Below are positions 1 through 4,267 of a DNA stretch of 24,000 nucleotides, piece by piece. Positions within the stretch are counted from its first letter, which is position 1. Each line of letters starts with the position of its first letter. The DNA comes from an uncultured Flavipsychrobacter sp. (GTDB taxonomy: Bacteria; Bacteroidota; Bacteroidia; Chitinophagales; Chitinophagaceae), in NCBI GenBank assembly GCA_964621795.1, contig CAZUMM010000002.1, positions 176,773 to 200,772 on the forward strand, in the 5' to 3' direction. The notes beneath the pieces are model-generated. The model did not search any database and was not told where the DNA came from. It saw nothing but the letters and a program-made list of their open reading frames with translations. The translations under genes were made by a program, and so were the position numbers.

Positions 1-130
1 TAACCGTATGTGTGATTTTTCTCAGGAAGGGTATGGAATATTTCTTTCCATAATGACGGGCAATTATTCCAAGACAAGCCGGGCCGCAGTCCATTGCATT
101 ATGCTGTATCAGCTTTGGGAATCCTTTCAT
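1..130 (-). CDS. Peptidase C39 domain-containing ABC transporter (double-glycine leader-cleaving RiPP/bacteriocin exporter), N-terminal fragment; continues beyond the left edge
   Basis: The reverse complement of 1-130 translates to MKGFPKLIQHNAMDCGPACLGIIARHYGKKYSIPFLRKITHTV. This is the textbook N-terminus of the C39 papain-like peptidase domain, with the catalytic Cys in the DCGPxCL motif. The ATG at 130 overlaps the SPASM gene 3' end by 32 nt. The ORF is absent from the supplied track because it is truncated by the window edge. Confidence 0.8.
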   Translation of the reverse strand, partial: MKGFPKLIQHNAMDCGPACLGIIARHYGKKYSIPFLRKITHTV

Positions 131-1205
131 GGTGATTTTCTGTAAATGCTTTATAATATTGTATTGCCTTTTGCTTCAATGGGTTTGAAGCCCAGTCGTC
201 CCATTCGCAGTTTTCGGGGTTGTACCCGCACTTTAGCGGTTGGCTGTAATCGTCGTCGGGATTGGAAAGGTAAGCCCTGCAATCAGTGCAGATATACCTG
301 AATTCGCAATCCCGGCAGTTGTTTATTTCATCTTTATTAATATCCCAGTATTTACGAAAGTCCGGAGTCGATACTACATCAGCGAGCGAAATGTTAGCAA
401 TGTTTCCAAAGCTCTGTTGCATAGAAGGGCAATTTTTTATATTACCATATTTATCAAGCGATACCTTTTTATTGAGGCAGCTATTGTGTTTTAAAGACTC
501 CGTATAATGATAAATATTGGTAGTGAAATATTTGTCGTTAACTAATCCGCAGGCGAACTCATTATCTAAACTCTTGGTAAAAAAAACAATCTTGGTAATT
601 AACCCGTCTATCACATCAGTAACAGACTGGTATGGCGCACTATGAATATATATTGACTGGATGCGACTATCTTTTGCTGCAAGCGCATGAAGCCCGGTTT
701 CTGTCCATACGGCATATTTCAGGATAAACTCAATAGACCGTATTTGTGAATGACGCATAGCAGCAAGCATAAGGTATAAGCTTTCAACGTCAACATCGTC
801 GTATGCTTTTACTTGTATAGCCTGGCAGCCTAGTTTATCAAGCTGATTGATAAATTTGATACAAGGATGAATGTCCGTGTGTTTATCAATGTCAATAATG
901 GCGTTAGATATAATACCTGGAAAATAATAGTCTAATGGCATAGGAGGAAACCTGTCTGTATCGTCAGGATGCATAAAGAATATCAAATCGTTTTCCAGCA
1001 AAAAATGAATGTATTCGTTTATGATTTCTTCAGCACCGGTGTAGGTGCTATAAATATCTTCCAGCTTGCATCCGTCAAAACGTTGCAGGATATCATACAA
1101 AGTATTTGGTATCAGGAAGTACCGGTCTCGAGTTAAATCCATTATCAATGCCCTCGCTTTTCCTTTTACAGGAATGCAATTAGCGTATAGTTTTATCAAA
1201 TTCAT
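99..1205 (-). CDS. SPASM-domain peptide maturase ('grasp-with-SPASM' type), lacking the radical-SAM CX3CX2C cluster motif
   Basis: 368-aa ORF. The C-terminal region carries C243-X10-G-X4-C259, C297-X2-C300-X5-C306-X2-C309 and C326, which is the SPASM twin auxiliary 4Fe-4S signature. The only N-terminal Cys are C10, C46, C115 and C127, and no CxxxCxxC occurs anywhere. The gene is co-operonic with an ATP-grasp gene and a GG-leader precursor. Confidence 0.85.
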   Translation of the reverse strand: MNLIKLYANCIPVKGKARALIMDLTRDRYFLIPNTLYDILQRFDGCKLEDIYSTYTGAEEIINEYIHFLLENDLIFFMHPDDTDRFPPMPLDYYFPGIISNAIIDIDKHTDIHPCIKFINQLDKLGCQAIQVKAYDDVDVESLYLMLAAMRHSQIRSIEFILKYAVWTETGLHALAAKDSRIQSIYIHSAPYQSVTDVIDGLITKIVFFTKSLDNEFACGLVNDKYFTTNIYHYTESLKHNSCLNKKVSLDKYGNIKNCPSMQQSFGNIANISLADVVSTPDFRKYWDINKDEINNCRDCEFRYICTDCRAYLSNPDDDYSQPLKCGYNPENCEWDDWASNPLKQKAIQYYKAFTENHHERIPKADTA

Positions 1206-1211
1206 GGTGCA

Positions 1212-1406
1212 TTACAGGTTTATGCTCCGGGAAATATGCTTATAAAATTCAATTGCATTTGCCGTTCGCGTATTAAATATTGCTACAGGAAAAGTTTTTG
1301 GCTTTTTGAAGTCGCCGGACGAATCTTTAATAGCATGGATTTTCCAGACTCTTGCTGTAAGCGGCAAATATTTCAGGATATCTTCAGGCAGCCGGTTGTT
1401 TTTCAT
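1212..1406 (-). CDS. Small hypothetical protein (64 aa) nested between the ATP-grasp and SPASM genes; possible accessory or recognition subunit
   Basis: The ATG at 1406 overlaps the ATP-grasp 3' end (stop at 1384-1386) by 23 nt. Its stop lies 6 nt upstream of the SPASM ATG (1205). This is a translational-coupling geometry. I recognise no domain, so the call rests on operon context only. Confidence 0.5.
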   Translation of the reverse strand: MKNNRLPEDILKYLPLTARVWKIHAIKDSSGDFKKPKTFPVAIFNTRTANAIEFYKHISRSINL

Positions 1407-2391
1407 GAGATAAGTGTGTTGCTAATAGTTTTTCAAGATAATAGTTGCAAGGTTTGGATACCTGTTCAAATTGGCCAATGGGGTTGATTTCAAAAAATAC
1501 TTCTTTCCCCGATGGAGTGACGGCCATATCAATAGACCCGCTATTCATCTTAAGCTTTCGCATAAGCCTGTCCAGTTTTAATGTTGTCTGCGGGGAAAGT
1601 TGGTAAGGTACTACGCGGTTGGGCACCTCATGATTATATCGCCTGAAATCAACCTTTGTTTTTTCATCCTGTTGGGAAAAGATGGCTGATGCATAAAAAT
1701 TTCCGTCTAAATAGAATATTCTCAGTTCATAACGTTTGTCTATGTACTCCTGGAATAATGTGGGTATAAAGCGGTCCGGAATTTCATGGAATATGTTTTC
1801 ATGAAAAATATGCGTCATGCAATCAAAAAATACCTTTTCATCTACATGCCCAAAAGCATTATGCACTGCCTTGCTGATGATTGTTTTATGTTTATGCATG
1901 AAATGCTGCAATGCCGTTCTTTCAGAAGTGATAATAGTGTCAGGTATGTCTATCCCTTCCTCCTGCGCCAGGTATATATTTTCCAGTTTATTGGTGTCAT
2001 TGTCATTAAAGCTGTTGACGTGTGACAGGGTAGATAAAAGTTTATGTAATGATTGTGTCGTATAGCTAGCTTCATTTTTTATATAAGTGTTCAGGCGGGA
2101 AAATAATTTATTGCCTTCTTCAAACACGTTGCGGAATGCATTATTGTTGCCAAATACAAACATTCCTCTCCTGTACCAGTAAATAGTATGGTGATTGATA
2201 GCAACAACCTTGTCAATAAATTCGTTCTTTATGCGAAACATGAAATTGAATCCTTCTGCCCCGATAGCATAGGTCTGAAACTCCAGTATGTCAGAATCGT
2301 TTATTCGTATAAAATCTACCTGTTCATGCAGCAGCCAGCTTATTATCTGGTTGGTACTGTGGTCGTTTTCAGTAGATAATATGATTACCAT
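1384..2391 (-). CDS. ATP-grasp ribosomal peptide maturase (graspetide / omega-ester peptide ligase family, 'grasp-with-SPASM' type)
   Basis: 335 aa. The N-terminus MVIILSTENDHSTNQIISWL is typical of RiPP ATP-grasp maturases. The C-terminal ATP-grasp fold motifs are ELRIFYLDGNFYASAIFSQ..DFRRYN and SIDMAVTPSGKEVFFEINPIGQF. The start overlaps the upstream gene stop (ATGGTAA). Confidence 0.85.
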   Translation of the reverse strand: MVIILSTENDHSTNQIISWLLHEQVDFIRINDSDILEFQTYAIGAEGFNFMFRIKNEFIDKVVAINHHTIYWYRRGMFVFGNNNAFRNVFEEGNKLFSRLNTYIKNEASYTTQSLHKLLSTLSHVNSFNDNDTNKLENIYLAQEEGIDIPDTIITSERTALQHFMHKHKTIISKAVHNAFGHVDEKVFFDCMTHIFHENIFHEIPDRFIPTLFQEYIDKRYELRIFYLDGNFYASAIFSQQDEKTKVDFRRYNHEVPNRVVPYQLSPQTTLKLDRLMRKLKMNSGSIDMAVTPSGKEVFFEINPIGQFEQVSKPCNYYLEKLLATHLSHEKQPAA

Positions 2392-3317
2392 ATTACTGTG
2401 TTTTTGTCGTATTTCGCAGGCAGGGGTACGCCATAAATTTCCGCATCAATATATAGCGGGTACATATACAGGTGCTCTCTTCTTTTATCAACCATTGATA
2501 TGGAGTCAATTTCCAGGTAATTTGGGCCGTTATATATAGTGCCGTATAGTGAATGCTTATTTTTATTCAACTGCATCTTGTCCATAAAATTCGCCAGGAA
2601 ATAATTCGATATGTTACCGTTATTCATTTGTTTGTCTAACTCGTTAAGCAATAGCTCTCTGTCAAAATAGGTGTACAGGTGGGTAAGCATGAAGTAAAAC
2701 TTTTCTGTATTGGCAAAACCAATATTGTTGATGCCCGGGAAAGGAAGTTCTTTTGTGACGATTATCTTTTTTAATATCGCAACATTGGCAGTATCGGCTT
2801 GTCCGATGATTTTGCAGGAATAGATATTGTCTTTATTAAAGAGCTCGCAAAAATTACGGGCTGCCTGGTCAAGCGAAAACATGGTATTGATAGTATTAAC
2901 CATTTTTTCATCCATGTCTTTTTGCTGCAGGTTATTCAACGAGTCGTACTGTGCCAGTAAACTGGTATATTCCGGGTCGGCCTGGTTGATATATCTTCTA
3001 AAGTTGAAAGCCATATTGCCCGGTTCTGAAAATATACCGCTTGCAATAGCCTTTCTCAGCCACTTATAGCCTTCCTGTTTTTCATTATTACGAAAGTGTA
3101 TTTTGGCTACAGTGCTGTATATCGTTGCCTGTAATTTGCCCTTATATTGTAAAGCCCTTTTGGCATACATCATGGCTGAATCGTACTGCTGCTTATGCAT
3201 ATAATACTCCATGTGATTGGAGTTGTTATAAAAAGAAGCAATGTCGGATGTATTGCTTTGCGCAAAACAACGAAATGAAAAGGTAATGGCAGTAATAAGA
3301 AAAAGAATGCGCTTCAT
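2385..3317 (-). CDS. Exported protein of unknown function (signal peptide; TPR-like N-terminal helices; uncharacterised C-terminal domain)
   Basis: 310 aa. MKRILFLITAITFSFRCFAQ is a Sec signal with the Bacteroidota-style AQ end. The helical-repeat-like segment is YYMHKQQYDSAMMYAKRALQY..EGYKWLRKAIASG. The C-terminal half resembles an uncharacterised Bacteroidota domain family (possibly DUF6624-like, from unverified memory). The stop overlaps the ATP-grasp start. Confidence 0.75.
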   Translation of the reverse strand: MKRILFLITAITFSFRCFAQSNTSDIASFYNNSNHMEYYMHKQQYDSAMMYAKRALQYKGKLQATIYSTVAKIHFRNNEKQEGYKWLRKAIASGIFSEPGNMAFNFRRYINQADPEYTSLLAQYDSLNNLQQKDMDEKMVNTINTMFSLDQAARNFCELFNKDNIYSCKIIGQADTANVAILKKIIVTKELPFPGINNIGFANTEKFYFMLTHLYTYFDRELLLNELDKQMNNGNISNYFLANFMDKMQLNKNKHSLYGTIYNGPNYLEIDSISMVDKRREHLYMYPLYIDAEIYGVPLPAKYDKNTVIW

Positions 3318-3332
3318 TGTATATATAGATTA

Positions 3333-3372
3333 GTGAAAAAGGCGTCTTCCCGTACTAACCACGGGAAGACGC
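3333..3372 (-). terminator. Rho-independent terminator/attenuator immediately downstream of the precursor gene
   Basis: A perfect 12-bp stem (3342-3353 gcgtcttcccgt / 3361-3372 acgggaagacgc) has a 7-nt loop. On the minus strand it is followed by CTTTTTCAC. It sits between the precursor stop (3386) and the next gene start (3317). Confidence 0.65.
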
Positions 3373-3385
3373 TTTGTGACTGATG

Positions 3386-3700
3386 TTATCCTTGCCAATC
3401 CCAGATTGGTGCGCTGGGAGGATTAGCCGGATCAATAACACACCAGCAAGTTCCCAGTTCAGGATCACCCGGATCGATTGGATGTGGTGGAGTGCCTGCC
3501 ATCATCTGCGTACAGGTATTAAAATCGGAGGGGTTGGCATGTCCATTGTCATACGTGGAGCACGTATCGTATGTGTCGGTTGTATTTTCAATTTCGTTTA
3601 CTGATTTAATACAGCCGCCTCCGCGTATCTGTAGCGGATTGTCAATTTGATGAGATTTAAAACCATCAAATTTGGAAGATTTTAGACTTTCAAGTTTCAT
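3386..3700 (-). CDS. RiPP precursor peptide: Bacteroidota double-glycine leader plus 75-aa acidic Thr/Ser/Cys/Pro-rich core (candidate graspetide substrate)
   Basis: The leader MKLESLKSSKFDGFKSHQIDNPLQIRGGG (29 aa) matches the MKLxxLK...I(K/R)GG leader class processed by C39 exporters. The core is CIKSVNEIENTTDTYDTCSTYDNGHANPSDFNTCTQMMAGTPPHPIDPGDPELGTCWCVIDPANPPSAPIWDWQG, with 5 Cys, 13 Ser/Thr, 11 Asp/Glu and 10 Pro. It is the first gene of the maturase operon. Confidence 0.8.
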   Translation of the reverse strand: MKLESLKSSKFDGFKSHQIDNPLQIRGGGCIKSVNEIENTTDTYDTCSTYDNGHANPSDFNTCTQMMAGTPPHPIDPGDPELGTCWCVIDPANPPSAPIWDWQG

Positions 3701-3709
3701 AGCATTTTA

Positions 3710-3726
3710 CCCGTTTAAGAAACGGG
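3710..3726 (-). promoter_or_regulatory. 7-bp stem-loop in the 5' leader of the precursor gene
   Basis: cccgttt-aag-aaacggg is a perfect 7-bp stem about 10 nt upstream of the precursor ATG (3700). Its function is unknown. Confidence 0.3.
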
Positions 3727-3859
3727 ACAAAAATTTAGGTTGATAATAGCTTACTCTTTTATACAGGTTTTCAGTTCCCCTGGGTTTATGTCAGGATAAA
3801 CCAGCCTTGAAATGCATTTCATATCAAATGTAATTAAGGCTACTGCCATTAAATGTCAG

Positions 3860-4108
3860 TTATAACAATTTCATTTCATCAACACGGATGTTCATTTCTA
3901 TTTTCACTTTTTTTGAGTAGTAGTAAGATTGTTTATTACGGCAGTAGCAGATGGGAAAGCCGGTGTCTTTTAAGTCTTCAATCAAGCGGTAAACCTGCCG
4001 TTCAGACAGCCCCAGTCTATCTGAAAGTTGTACCGGTGTGCCTGTTGAGGAGGTTCTGATAAGATAATCAAGGCGGATTAAAACGTGAATTGCTTTGAAT
4101 AGGCTCAT
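3860..4108 (-). CDS. Small HTH DNA-binding protein (HTH_11/DeoR-N-like), putative cluster regulator
   Basis: 82 aa. The winged-helix HTH segment is TGTPVQLSDRLGLSERQVYRLIEDLKDTGFPI. It lies directly upstream of, and co-oriented with, the precursor gene. Confidence 0.75.
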   Translation of the reverse strand: MSLFKAIHVLIRLDYLIRTSSTGTPVQLSDRLGLSERQVYRLIEDLKDTGFPICYCRNKQSYYYSKKVKIEMNIRVDEMKLL

Positions 4109-4123
4109 GGTGCTGATATTAGG

Positions 4124-4170
4124 TTTTACATGGAAATTATTTCTAATTAAGTAAATTTTACATGAAAAAT
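4124..4170. promoter_or_regulatory. Direct repeat pair TTTTACATG(G/A)AAA upstream of the HTH regulator gene; candidate operator
   Basis: ttttacatggaaatt (4124-4138) and ttttacatgaaaaat (4156-4170) are 32 bp apart (about three helical turns). They sit in the AT-rich divergent intergenic region between the regulator (start 4108, minus) and the TonB receptor (start 4268, plus). Confidence 0.3.
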
Positions 4171-4267
4171 CAAGTAAAAAATTAACTTTTTTGTAATTGT
4201 AAAAAGTTTAATGTGTATAGAGGTCATTCTTAATAATTAAGTATGTTTATAATGGAATTTCTTTGAA

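Noticed and set aside
3701-3859. Possible additional small precursor ORF between the regulator and the precursor
   Set aside because: The only minus-strand ATG ORF there is about 20 codons (MAVALITFDMKCISRLVYPDI), with no GG motif and no similarity to the leader.
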